From the human T2T-CHM13v2.0 reference genome, Homo sapiens: 64,000 bases of DNA. A program made the position numbers and the translations under genes. Under the pieces are notes generated by a model. That model worked only from the letters and a program-made list of their open reading frames with translations, ran no database searches and was not told the DNA's origin. Within the stretch, counting starts at the first letter, position 1, and each line of letters opens with the position of its first letter. This document shows positions 28,898 through 40,372 of this stretch, one piece after another. The stretch is from positions 23,104,001 to 23,168,000 of the forward strand of contig CP068257.2 of NCBI GenBank assembly GCA_009914755.4, written 5' to 3'.

Positions 28898-30384
28898 TTA
28901 TTGTCTTACAAGAAGAAGAATGAATTTCAGTATGTTTCCTTTGTTACCATAGCTGCTATAATTCACAGAACAAAATTTAATGTGCAACCAAATAGAGAAA
29001 GTTTCAAAGAGAAAGAGAAGGCCTGTGGCCTATGGCCCAAAAGTCAAGCTTGAGAGAAAGCTACTGGAAAGTATTGGAGTGAAATACTGAGAGCCAAGCT
29101 ATAGATATTACCTCTTTAATCTTCTGTTGAAAATCTTCAGTAAAATCTATATTTTTCTCTAGTGATTTGTGGATTCCCTCTCTTTTTTTGGTGGGTGTTG
29201 GAGATGTCTTATTGGTGAAGGAGAAAGCAATGAAGTGTTAAGTCTTGCTTCATGGAGCAGAAATAGAGGCTGCTCTTGAAAGACGGGAGATACAAGATTT
29301 GTACTTGCGTAAGAGATAATAATAATAATAATATAATTAGGAACATTGCCATGTTGGAAGGTATAAATTGAGAATGAATAGAAAGGGAAATTAACCCTGG
29401 TTTCACATGTCATGTTAATTCTGGAGAAAATGATGTCTAAACTAGAGTTAGAATTAGTTTTGATGGAGTTCAGAAAAAGCTGAAGATGTGAAATGTTTCA
29501 GGAGAAAGCAATTACATGTGAAAAGACCTAGGGGCAAAAGTTAAAGTAGCAGGTCTAGGAGCCTAGAGTGAGATGGAAGAAGTAGGAACTAGATACCCCG
29601 GAGAGGCACTTAAGGATAGTGTTGTAAACAGCCTTGTCAGATTCATAAGGGAGTTGTTCTTTAGCCTGAGAGCAATGAAGAGCCCAGCGAAGCCGATACT
29701 TTAATTACAATTGTGCAAACTTTTGGCAACAAAATGGAGAATGAAGCAGACAGTCTGTGCTTTCATTAAGTTTAAGTTCCCTGGGTGCAAAAGGCATTGA
29801 ACTCTTAACCATACAGATAAAATAATAATGCAATGGCAGCCCCACCTCCTTTTGACAGATCTGAAGAATATGTCCTGAGTGACTATGGGGATACCAATCC
29901 TCATTTACCTTACAAGTTTGTCTTTAATGCAGAGTCTCAGCAAAGAAGTTTCAGAGAGATTAGATTACAACTCAAAAAGTAAGCTGTAATGCTCTGACAG
30001 ACAATGAATTGGAATAGCGATGCCTAGTTTCAGGAAGACAGAAGAGGACTACCATACTTTACTGAGCAATTACTGGTGGAATTTCCACATTTCTTAGTCT
30101 ACTTATATTGTTTAATCATAGTAAGTGCACATTTTTATTCCTTTATTAATCTACTTCACTAATATATTTAAGTACCTACTCATTAGTAGAAACTGAGCTA
30201 ACTGGAGAGAGAAAATAGTAAGCAAATTCAATCCATGCTTTCATGAAACAAACTCCCTTAGATGCAGATAAAAATTACTATTTTTTATCAATAACATGGA
30301 AAAAGTTATACTGCACTATATCTTTATGATATAAAAAAGAATAAAATGACCAATGAAAGCATAATAAAGCATAATTTCATCTAT

Positions 30385-30565
30385 TCTTTTTTTAAAAAAA
30401 TGCAGGGTCTCACTCTGTAGCTCAGACTGGAATGTAGTGGAATGACCATAGCTGACTGCATCCTTCAACTTCTGGGTTGAAGTGATCCTCCCGCCTCAGC
30501 CTCCAGAATAGCTGAGACTGTAGGTGTGCACCACCACACCTGCTTCTAAATTTTTTTAATTTATG
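30385..30565 (-). mobile_element. Old, diverged Alu-derived fragment (right monomer only)
   Basis: Sequence 'tttttttaaaaaaatgcagggtctcactctgtagctcagactggaatgtagtggaatgaccatagctgactgcatccttcaacttctgggttgaagtgatcctcccgcctcagcctccagaatagctgagactgtaggtgtgcaccaccacacctgcttctaaattttt'. Confidence 0.6.
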
Positions 30566-31084
30566 AAATTTTAAAAGTACCAAGAGATCTTTTATATCTC
30601 AGTAAGGCATAGCTCTGAGTGATAAAATATTAACATATCAATGGAAGTTCCTAACTTTCCAAATATAAGCCTTTTAACTCCAGATAACTGTTAGGTCACT
30701 TTTGATAAGGAAGTTGTCTGTTTTCTTATGTAAGTTCACAGTTTTTTTATTTTTTTTTACACTCTTTACTTTTATTTTTTTTAGCCTTTAACTCTCAGGG
30801 AAGCAATAGATATACTTTAACACAAACTATAACAATTGTTTATTTTTATACTACAGAAAATGGATAGATGCTATTCTGAATTGTTCTAGTTTGTCACTAT
30901 ATGTTAGATTTTAAAATGTTTCAACATTTTTTTCTAGTTATATTTAAACTTAGATTTTACACTAAAATTTTCAGATATGCTACTAAAATATCAAGAAAAC
31001 TATAATTAATGGAAATCTTCCATAGGCAGAGAGACATTAATGTTCACAAAATGTTTTTGGTCTCTATATTAGTCACTTTATTTG

Positions 31085-31266
31085 CAAGAGGGAATCAAAA
31101 AGAATGACCTCTGCACGTATATGTAGAAAAACTCTGACCAACAGTCTTTACTTAAATATGGCACCGAATCAGGAAGATGCTTTATTATAGCACCACTTCT
31201 CCTTCTCTAAAAGGAAATCAACAGAGAATGGAGGTTCTAAGAGAACATCCCTATCAGTCGGCTGTC
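31085..31266 (+). repeat. Left arm of a ~620-bp palindrome (inverted repeat), unclassified
   Basis: Reverse complement of 31516-31700 at about 86% identity. For example, 'ggacagccgactgatagggatgttctcttagaacctccattctctgttgattt' (revcomp of the arm end) aligns with 'gaacagcagactgataggaatgttctcttagaacctctattctctgttgattt' at 31516. The alignment runs the full length of both arms. Confidence 0.8.
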
Positions 31267-31515
31267 CCTTCTTAAATATCAATGTAATATAATTAGAGTT
31301 TTTAATTATTATTCTTACATTAGTTTATTTTTAACTCAAATAATTAAATCACTCAAATCGCTGAATAGTGAATAATGATACACATTTATATTTAAGAGGG
31401 GATTCATTATCCCAAGATGATGCATTATTTTTAGTTTAAAAATAACTATTTAATTGTATGGAACAATCAGTTAAGTTTTGTCATTTTGGAGGATTCAGAA
31501 TTTGCATTATTTTCT

Positions 31516-31700
31516 GAACAGCAGACTGATAGGAATGTTCTCTTAGAACCTCTATTCTCTGTTGATTTTTTCTTTTGGAGAAGGGGGAAGAAGTGCTGTA
31601 ATAAAACACCTTCCTGATTCAGTGCGATATATAAATAAAGACCGTTGGTCAGAATTTTCCTACATGCATGTGCAGAGGCCAATCATTCTTCTAGGGTTTA
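31516..31700 (-). repeat. Right arm of the same palindrome
   Basis: See the left arm. An AT-rich spacer of about 250 bp (31267-31515) lies between the arms. Confidence 0.8.
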
Positions 31701-32856
31701 AACAATGTTTGAAATACATATTATTGGGCCACAAAACAGGTACTCAATTATGCTGGATTTCAAATTTTTTCTATGTCCAGCAGGTAAAAGCAACTAATTA
31801 AAATTATTGAACCTAGTTCTACTGGAGTTAATTTTCATGGGGAAGCACAAAGTCAGAATCAAAAGACCAATTTCTTGCTGCTTCTCAGATAGCTGAATGA
31901 TCAACAGTAAACAAGTGGAATTTCTAAGATTTATGGTCCTGTATCTACCTCATTCATCTTGGCTCTTATTGTTTTTACTCATGCCTTCCTACATTTTTCT
32001 CTTTGTGCCTGGTGTTCTTTGCATGAAATTTATTTTCCAATATAAAGCTGTTAGTCGACATGCTAGTATGATTAGGAAATAGAGTTATATTGCTCCCGTT
32101 GTCAGAGACACAGTTGCACTGGAGAGCACCCCATCAATTCATATGATCAGTCAGTTTAAAGCAAATCTGAATAACAACTACGGAGTCCAGTGAAGTACAG
32201 AATAATGATGGTTTGCCTTATTTTACTTCTTTCTTATTTGACTTTGTTTTCTTGTTGTTCGAGTGTCTCTTGGATACCAAATTAAAAATACAAAGAAAGT
32301 AAGTAATTACTTGGCAGGAAGGAAGTTAAAAAAAGTTGAATATAGGTGTTTTCTCTATATACATACTGTTTATCAGCAAGCTGAATTTGTTTATTTTATC
32401 CTCTTACCTATTTCTTTTGACTAATCTGGATTTATTATAGTAACTTATCTCCTTAGATGACTTTAAAGAAATCTCTTTGTGTACTTTACTCAGTGGGGTA
32501 CTTTGACAAAATGTACCAATTAGGCTTATGTGAGATGTCAAGTGAGAAGAATGAGTAAGAAAAATTGATCTCAAGTGAATGAACACATTTTATTCAGAGT
32601 GATTTTAAAATGTGAGCAAAAACACCACAATACATGATAAAATTAACCACCAGCTGAATTTGAATTATGTTCTTTATAGGATGCATCCTGAAACTTCATA
32701 GTATTAATGCAAAGGAAACAAAAGCTGTGGAAAATGATATTCAACATTGAACATCAGAAAAAACAATAATAATTTTTTATTTATATTTATCAATATTATT
32801 GTTTATTGTATGGACAGGCTTACAGACTGCAGTTGACAGGGGCTAGAGCTAAAATT

Positions 32857-33375
32857 CAGGGCACCTTCTGGAACTGCAATGGGACAGAGCCAGCATGCCT
32901 TTCGGACTGTCTCTCCCATGAGTTACCTACACGGGTCGGGTACGTCTGAGGCTGCAGCAGAGAAGGGTTGAGGCTGAGACAGGGTCCCATCAGGATCTGC
33001 TTTATGATGGATGCCAGCAAGCCCGTCCAGTTGGTGCTCATGGGCATATTTCTCAGCATCTCTCTGTGCCATCAGGATTGTTCCCAGGCTGCACTATAAA
33101 GAGGCTAGAGTTGAGCTTCAGGACCACTTAATCTGCTGTAGGATAGAGGCTGGTAATCCTGTCATGGTGGCACAGATGGGAGAGTCTCCCAACTGTTTCC
33201 TGCACAGGGAAGATTTCTCCCTGTCTGCAGCCAAAAGGAACTGGAGCTGAAACAGGGTCCCTTCAGGATACGCCATGGAATGAAAGCTGGCAAGCATATC
33301 CAGGTGACTCAGACAGGTGTCTCTCAACTGGTGGCTATGAGGCAATATTTTAAGACAACCAGTATAATTTTCGGC
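32857..33375. repeat. Ancient tandem duplication, ~262-bp unit x2 (about 70-75% identity)
   Basis: Copy 1 contains '...ctgcagcagagaagggttgaggctgagacagggtcccatcaggatctgctttatgatggatgccagcaagcccgtccag...'. Copy 2 contains '...ctgcagccaaaaggaactggagctgaaacagggtcccttcaggatacgccatggaatgaaagctggcaagcatatccag...'. The copies start in register ('cagggcacc' at 32857 and 'caggaccac' at 33119). Confidence 0.55.
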
Positions 33376-34144
33376 AAATGCAATCTGGCATTTAAATATA
33401 TTTATCAACAATTCTGAAAAGACTAAATATGCTGTAATTTCAAGTGCTCATTTAGTTGATGAATCATTAAGAAGTTATATGGATTAAATGTAGACTGTTG
33501 ATTGATATCATTTATAGTGAGATAGTAGTTGTGGTGATAAACAAAAATATTCTAAAATTCTTATGGAAAATTAAATGTCCAGAAGACTAAAAGGTACTCC
33601 GAAAGGGAGAAAAAAATGGGAACTTGCCATAAATCGTAGAAAATATGAAATATAATATATTTATTAATGTACTGATAAATTTTAGTCAATATTATTACAT
33701 AAATAGAATGTAATAAACCATTTTTTCAATATTGAATTATAACTTTTTAATATTGAAGTACAATGTTTCCACTTGACTGGTAAATAGTCGTTCATTACAA
33801 ATGTAACCAGTACTACTATATTTGAAAGAGTTATTATTTTTGTTAAAATAAAATAAAGTATAATTACACTCAGGAAGATAAAATATTGTGATTTTAAAAG
33901 TCAGAGACTGCCTTTACATGATTAACATGATTAACTATATTTTGTTTTTTTGTTTACATTGGTCAGAATGTTGTGTTATTAATGCCTTTTTGAATGCTAA
34001 TACCTAACCTCTGAAATTAAAAAAAAAAGCTAAAATATTTCAGATTAAATATGTAGATCCAAGTTATAAACAGCTAAATTCTTACCTAGTATCTGAAAAA
34101 GATGAGAAACAATTATTTTTTTCCTAATAATAAGACTAACTTTC

Positions 34145-34470
34145 AGCCAGGCACGGTGGCCCATGCCTATAATCCCAGCACTTTGGGAGGCCAAGGTGGA
34201 TATATCACCTGAGGTCAGGAGTTCAATACCAGCCTCGCCAACATGGTGAAACCCCGTCTCTACTAAAAATACAAAAATTAGCTGGGCGTGGTGGCACATG
34301 CCTGTAATCCCAGCTACTCTGGAGACTGAGGCAAGAGAATTGCTTGAATCTGGGAGATGGAGTTTACAGTGAGCTGAGATCATGCCACTGTACTCCAGCC
34401 TGGGCGACAGAGCAAGACTCCGTCTCAAAAAAAAAGAAAGAAAGAAAGAAAGAAACACAAAAAAAACTAA
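34145..34470 (+). mobile_element. Full-length Alu (plus) with a (GAAA)n-containing tail
   Basis: From 'agccaggcacggtggcccatgcctataatcccagcactttgggaggcc' to 'gactccgtctcaaaaaaaaagaaagaaagaaagaaagaaacacaaaaaaaa'. Probable TSD 'aactaactttcag'/'aactaacgtttga' (about 10 bp, one mismatch). Confidence 0.95.
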
Positions 34471-35138
34471 CGTTTGATTGGATTTCCCCTTATGTATAGA
34501 GAACAAAGCAATGATAGTAACTTCATATCATCATAGATCCCACTGTAATACAATAATTTGCTAACAAAGAAACAGTTTCAATGAAGTGTAGTGTTTACAA
34601 ACTACATTACAGCCTACAAATTATGTAAATGATTGTTACCCTTCTTATTATTTAAATGCATAAAGATTTTTCTTCTTCAAATACTGTCAGCTTCACAGTG
34701 AAAATAATTTTTGCTCAGCTGCTCTGACAGTCTTCTAATGGAAATTTTAAGTGGACCACGTCTATCTGCTGCATGATCTATGAATAAACTAAATATAGGT
34801 CTTTAAAGAGCCTTGTGGCGTTGATTGCTTTGACACATCCTGCATTTGCTCACTCTCCATTGTTTAATTTTTCACTAAGAAGAGAAGAAACAAGTACTCT
34901 GTCCTTGAATAGAATTAGCTATAGAGAACAGAGTGAGAATATACTTGAGATGACAGAAACTAAACAAATGCTTTGTAGCAGCCATAAAGGACTTGAGAAA
35001 TAAGGTCTTTAAAAGAGTAAAATTCAATGTGCCTGTACCTTAAAAGATAATTTCAAAACCGTATATAAGAGAAATATTTAACACTTTCAACCTATCAGAA
35101 ATTTTAAATGTATTTGTTCTTTGGAAAAATATTTAGTG

Positions 35139-35463
35139 TGGCCAGGTACGGTGGCTCATTCCTGTAATCCCAGCATATTGGGAGGCCTAAGCAATTGGAT
35201 CACCTGAGGTCATGAGCTCAAGACCAGCCCGGCCAACATGGTGAAAGTCCATTCCTACTAAAAATACAAAAAAAATTAGCCGGGCTTAGTGGCAGGTACC
35301 TGTAATCCCAGCTACTCGGGAGGCTGAGGCAAGAGAACCGCTTGAACCTGGGAGTCAGAGGTTTCAGTGAGCCGAGACCATGCCATTGCACTCCAGCCTA
35401 GGCAACAAGAGCAAAACCCTGTCTCAAAAAAGGAAAAAAAAAAAAAAAGGTAAGGAAAAAAAA
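35139..35463 (+). mobile_element. Full-length Alu (plus) with perfect 15-bp TSD
   Basis: Runs from 'tggccaggtacggtggctcattcctgtaatcccagcatattgggaggcc' to 'ccctgtctcaaaaaaggaaaaaaaaaaaaaaaggtaaggaaaaaaaa'. TSD 'gaaaaatatttagtg' at 35124-35138 and 35464-35478. Confidence 0.95.
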
Positions 35464-36725
35464 GAAAAATATTTAGTGAGGCCTCCAACATGCCAGATAG
35501 TAGTCTAGGAGTTGCTATTAAGGTGGTAATAGGACAGAAAAGCACTCTAATTTCTGGAGGTGATTTCTCCAGGGGCTTGTACGGCAATAGGTTTTTCAAG
35601 AAGGTGTTTGTGGAAAACTAATATCTGGGAAAGAAGAAACATAAATAGATAAGTAAGCAATCAGTATTCAAGAAGCTAACATTTGAATCTTATAAGAAAA
35701 TGGAGAGGTTTTAATATGAACTAGGTATTGATTATGCTATATGTATTGAGGGGTGGAAACTGGATTAGATTAACTGCCCTTATCAGTGGCAAGTATAAAG
35801 TTTGCAAAAGAATAAATCTTATGTTTACAATCCTCCTGAGCAAAAGCAGTTAAAGTGTATAAGATTAAATTATGTTGATAGCTATCAGAATAATATGCTA
35901 TATTTAAGTAAGTCCTTGAAGGCAATAGCTATATTTATCATATCTTTACTATGTAAAATATGTAATGTAAAAATTGTCAAACAAAAAACTGCATGTCCAT
36001 AACAAAGAAAAGTATGCTTATGAGTTCCACAATTGTTACTGATTAACCTTAATAAAGAAACAAACGAACAAACAAACTCAAATAAAAGAAGCTATTGACC
36101 AAGGAGAGCAAGAACAATTTCTCACATGTAGACAGACATTCATTACTTCTAATAATGCTTTATCTACACTTCAGAAGTATTTGGATAATAATTTTACTGT
36201 ATTTTCGCAGCCATAGGATAGAGGTAGGTGTCTGACTGTGCATGTATTTGTGTATGTGTATATATGTAATTTCTATCACTGTTGACCTCTAAAATTAAAG
36301 GGCAGAGTTCAAGAGAAAGAATTAATTATTTTTTGAGAAAAATGGAAGCTGGTTCATTGCTGTTTCTTATATGGAAAATAATAAAGAAAGCATAAATGGC
36401 TAATGAAAAATGAATACTATTTACATCAGAAATAGCAACTAATCAGTTTAGGGTGATGGCTTACAATATTGCTGATTATGTAAATGTGGAAAATCAATGA
36501 CCTAGTGAAAAATTTAAATATAAAAACGGAGTCAATAAGAGGAAAAAAAGAGGTATATAATTTGTGGAAATATTTCATAAGGAAATGGACATTTCTGAAA
36601 TGTGGACTCTGTGATGAGAGAAAGAATATTTGATATTATTGGACAATTTATCTGTTTTCAAAAATTGCTCACAAAGCACTTTTCAATTGAGTTGTTCACT
36701 AAGGCTGCAACTATTTAACAAATAA

Positions 36726-37078
<353 letters not shown>

Positions 37079-37813
37079 GAAATAATTATTTTCAATGCTA
37101 TTCTCAACAATTACCTAAAAGCTATTATTTATTTTGATTCAATTAGCCAAATCATATTCCTCTATTTCACCTAGGATTTATATAAAAGTTAAGTGTTTGT
37201 AAGAATTAAAGAATATCATGAACAGGTCATTATTTGAAGAAGGATTTCTTCATTAAAATTGATTACCTTTAAAAACAAAATTATTGTAAGGTTAGAAATT
37301 CTAATCAAACAACTCATTGCACGTTTATAATGAGAAGCTAAGCTTATCTAATTTATCACATAGTATACATATATGTACATACAGTTATATTTATGCGTGC
37401 TTATGCATATATTATATATAAATAAATAATGTATATATTATTTCATTCAGGCTGCAATAACAAAATACCATATATTGGGTAATCTGTAAACAATAGAGAT
37501 GTATTTCTCACAATTCTGGAGGCTAGTAATCCAAGATCAACGTAGCAACAAATTTGATATGGGGTGAGGACCCATTTCCTTGTTCATATGTTCTCACGGG
37601 ACAAACAAGCTCACTTGTGCCTATTTTATAAGGACACTAATTGCATTATGAAGGCCCACCCTCATGACCTAATCACATGTAAAAAGGCCCTGATACCTGA
37701 TACCTTCACCTTGGGGGCTAGGACTACAATGTATGAATTTAGGAGGTATATAAACATCCCAATCACAGCACATGAATACTCACAGACGTACACACACATT
37801 ATTATAAACGCAG

Positions 37814-37834
37814 ATATATATATATATATATATC
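37814..37834. repeat. (TA)n microsatellite
   Basis: Sequence 'atatatatatatatatatatat'. The adjacent 37350-37460 is also TA/AT-rich low complexity. Confidence 0.9.
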
Positions 37835-39846
37835 TTATTTATTACATCAACTGTACTTTAACACATGTGCTTTTCATGTAGAATATATTGTGCTTTCTCT
37901 AAAGGAGTTTTAAAAAAGGGTGATAAATTAAAGTACCAAGTTTGAAGAAAAGGAAAGATAAGAAATAGGCCATAGACTATAAACTCCTTTTCATTCATTA
38001 TGCTTCATAAATTATTTAATTGTATATTTGGAATATATGAAAGGACATTTTAAATTTTGTGTAGTGCATGAAGTAAAAATAAAAATGAGAAATACCTGCA
38101 TACCCCACTATTTAAAATAATTACAATATTACAAGCATTTTAGAGAAACCTGTGGCTTCTTCCAGATCCAATTACCTTCTCTTCCTCACATAGGCATAAT
38201 GAATGTTCTATTTTAAAAAGTTTATCTTTCTTGTACTTTCATCTGCAGTTTTTCTTCCTTTTGGATTTTTATGAATAGAATTAAACTGCACGGTGTTTTG
38301 ACTTGCCTGCATTCTCAACTTTATGTTCCTGAGAATCATCTATGTGGTCATATAAACTGTAGATCATTCATTTTTCATGGATGAAATTCATTTTATGAAC
38401 AAGCTACAATTTAATTTCTTGCTAATTTTGATGGGCATGTGGGTGGTTTCCAGTGTGGAGGGGTTACAAATAATGCTACTCTGAGGCTTTTTGCATATGT
38501 GTCTTGATGCAGATATGCAAGAAGATATCTAGGAATGAAATTGTTTGCTTCGAGTCTAAAGAGAAAAAGTAGAACCAATTTTGAGCATTTAAACCACAGG
38601 GAGTAAAATGCAGAAAATGTTTTACATGTATAAGAAGCTACCAGAGGGCAGTGAAGCCAGAAGAGGATAACAAAGCAGGAAGCCCCTGCTACCCTTTGGA
38701 AAAGTGACAGATGGGAAGACGGGTTTCCAGATGCTTGGTGCTGGTTACTGTTTGCTGAAGCAGGAATGAATTCTGCCCTGTCTTCCCCTTGAAATGTTTT
38801 CCTCTGTTTCCCATGGATGTAACTGAGCAGGAAAGCATCTGACTTTGGGACACGGGATGCACTGTTTTTAAGTAACAAACTCCATATGATACAGAGTAGA
38901 GCAGCAAAAGGGTGAGGAATAAATCAGATGAAAAATAGGCTTAGTACCAGCAAGTGTTGAGGTAGTTGTATTATTTCAAATACTTGTCTAAAATGGTTTT
39001 ACTATTTAAATTTCCACAAATAGTGTAAAAGCATTTGTTTTTAGTTCATATGCACAGTAATATTTAAAAATGTCATTTAATTGTGTGTCAGTCTTATGTA
39101 CATAAATATCTCATTGCGTTTCAGTGCCTTTATGCAGTTACTAATAAGGATAGAAATTTTCTGTAGTTTTTGACCATCTTTTCTCATTGCGAGCTATTCT
39201 GCTTTTGACCATTGTCCTGTTGTTTTTGTTTTGTTAATTATTTTAACAATTTCTTTATAGATTCTGGATATTATTTATTGTTTAGTTATACATGCTGTAT
39301 CTTTTTCAATGGCCTTAAATTCCAACTTCCATTTTGTGTCTTTCAATAAAAAGATATTCCTAATTATGTGGTTTATTTTTTATCGTTGTTTATTATTTGT
39401 GTGTGTTTTGTTTCTTGCTTAAGAAACCTGTTACTCTTTGTTAGTCATGAAAATACTCTTCTTTATTATCTTTTAAAGTTTTGTAGTTTCATGATTTCCA
39501 ATTAAGCCTTAAATAGCTGATATTTATTTGCTATGTGATGTGAGGGGATACATTTTCTTTCACTGTGTAGTTAGCTGTGCTAGGCCTATTTATTGAAAAC
39601 TGTGATTATCTACAATAGAAGCTATATCATAAAGCATATTCCCACATATGAACTGCTGGGTTTTCTACTCTGTTTCTTATATCAATTTATATATCTCTTG
39701 TCCAGCCTCATAATTACCATTGCTTACATTACCATGTTATTGTAACTGTGTTCTCTTTATAAAAATTATTGATATGTGGAAAGCAAAATCAACTTTATTA
39801 GTGAATTTATGATTCTGAGTCTTTTGTACTTAATATACATTACTTT

Positions 39847-39885
39847 CAATGGCAAAACAGCAATTTACTTTTGCACCAACCTAAT
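39847..39885. mobile_element. Partial MADE1 / Hsmar1-type mariner MITE (one half with terminal inverted repeat)
   Basis: Sequence 'tcaatggcaaaacagcaatttacttttgcaccaacctaa' matches the second half of MADE1 ('aatggcaaaaaccgcaattacttttgcaccaacctaa'). It is followed by 'ta', the mariner TA target site. Confidence 0.45.
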
Positions 39886-40080
39886 AGAACCAGTTTGTCT
39901 AATTCCATTAACATTTCAATACAAGTTTTAATTGAAAATAAATGGATCTATACTATCTAGAGAGATTTAGGAGAGATTGCTATTCTTACGGTATTGATTA
40001 ATCTCTTCCATTAACATGTACATCTCTTTCGTGTTTGTCTGCTTAAATATGTTACACTCCTCTTAAAAATGTTTTTGCAG

Positions 40081-40372
40081 TTAGGCGTGATGGCTCATGC
40101 AATACCAGCACTTTGGGAGGCTGAAACTAGAGCTTCACTTGAACTCAGGAGTTCAAGACCAGCCTAGGCAACATAGCGAGACCTAGCTCTACAAAACAAT
40201 TAAAAAAAAGTAGCCATGCATGGTGGCATGTGCCTGTAGTCAAAGGAAGTCGGGAGGCTAAGATAGAAGGATTGCTTGAGCCCAGTTGTTCAACGCTACA
40301 GTGAGCCATGATTGCTCCATTGCACTTCAGCCTGGGCAGCAGAGTAAGACAGAGCAAGACTCTGTCTCCACA
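40081..40372 (+). mobile_element. Old Alu (AluJ-like, plus), tail eroded
   Basis: Sequence 'ttaggcgtgatggctcatgcaataccagcactttgggaggctgaaactagagcttcacttgaactcaggagttcaagaccagcctaggcaacatagcgagacc...ccattgcacttcagcctgggcagcagagtaagacagagcaagactctgtctcca'. Confidence 0.9.

Noticed and set aside
34045-34506. 153-aa ORF on the minus strand
   Set aside because: It lies entirely within an Alu element plus its (GAAA)n tail. Alu-derived ORFs of this form are a well-known artefact.
38411-38878. 155-aa ORF on the minus strand in seemingly unique sequence
   Set aside because: The underlying DNA (38411-38560) aligns to the antisense strand of an old L1 ORF2 C-terminal region. The ORF is a chance open frame in decayed L1 and has no protein similarity I can recognise.
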